From: a virus
Lineage: Duplodnaviria > Heunggongvirae > Uroviricota > Caudoviricetes
DNA length: 5,095 bases
Virus record (IMG/VR): IMGVR_UViG_2698536369_000016
Direction: 5' to 3' (one strand)
The position numbers were made by a program, and so were the translations under genes. The notes under the pieces are model-generated. The model had not been told where the DNA came from. It made no database searches and worked only from the letters and a program-made list of their open reading frames with translations. The first letter of the stretch is position 1. Each line of letters starts with the position of its first letter. Positions 4,981 through 5,095 of this stretch are shown piece by piece.

Positions 4981-5095
4981 TGAACCGCCCCGGGAATCCT
5001 GGAGACTAAACTCCCTGAGAAAGAGGTAAACAGAATGACTAAAAATACTCGTTTTTCCCCCGAAGTCCGTCAGAGGGCGATTCGTATGGTTCTGG
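4981..5095 (+). mobile_element. IS3-family insertion sequence (IS629/IS1203-like), left terminus and start of orfA; element continues beyond the window
   Basis: TGAACCGCCCCGGGAATCC... terminus at 4981; AGAGG then ATG at 5035; exact inverted copy of 1-115. Confidence 0.8.
5035..5095 (+). CDS. IS3-family transposase OrfA, N-terminal 20 codons (partial)
   Basis: [20 protein letters not shown], with an AGAGG Shine-Dalgarno 8 nt upstream. Confidence 0.75.
   Translation, partial: MTKNTRFSPEVRQRAIRMVL

Noticed and set aside
1-5095. CRISPR arrays, tRNA or rRNA genes, integrase or att sites
   Set aside because: No regularly spaced direct repeats, no cloverleaf-compatible segments, and no recombinase-like ORF were found in the window.

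Overview
This window reads as the late/lysis-to-packaging junction of a lambdoid prophage, on the reverse strand, bracketed by two identical inverted ends of an IS3-family (IS629/IS1203-like) insertion sequence. Both phage genes at the IS junctions are cut, so the prophage looks defective for lysis timing and DNA packaging.

Gene order on the minus strand, from high to low coordinates:
- IS end (4981-5095)
- pinholin S, 5'-decapitated (4789-4980)
- 687-bp AT-rich insert carrying an unrecognised plus-strand ORF (4219-4533)
- SAR endolysin R (3568-4101)
- 335-bp gap with a hairpin and a possible small membrane ORF
- Rz with embedded Rz1 spanins (2765-3232, 2827-3012)
- 464-bp AT-rich non-coding region
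- PerC-family (Pch-like) regulator (1986-2300)
- bidirectional terminator, then a plus-strand YlcI/YnfO-like small gene (1680-1904)
- cos region: cosN matches the lambda cohesive end, but cosB carries non-lambda repeats
- terminase small subunit Nu1-like (768-1277)
- N-terminal 227 codons of terminase large subunit gpA, ending at a stop supplied by the IS terminus (113-796)
- IS end (1-115)

No rRNA, tRNA or CRISPR array was seen. All homology calls are from reading the translations and sequence against remembered families; no database search was run. I did not find a convincing novel system; the items most worth follow-up are the IS-bracketed architecture, the orphan ORF between S and R, the cosB repeats and a Fur-box-like palindrome beside cos.
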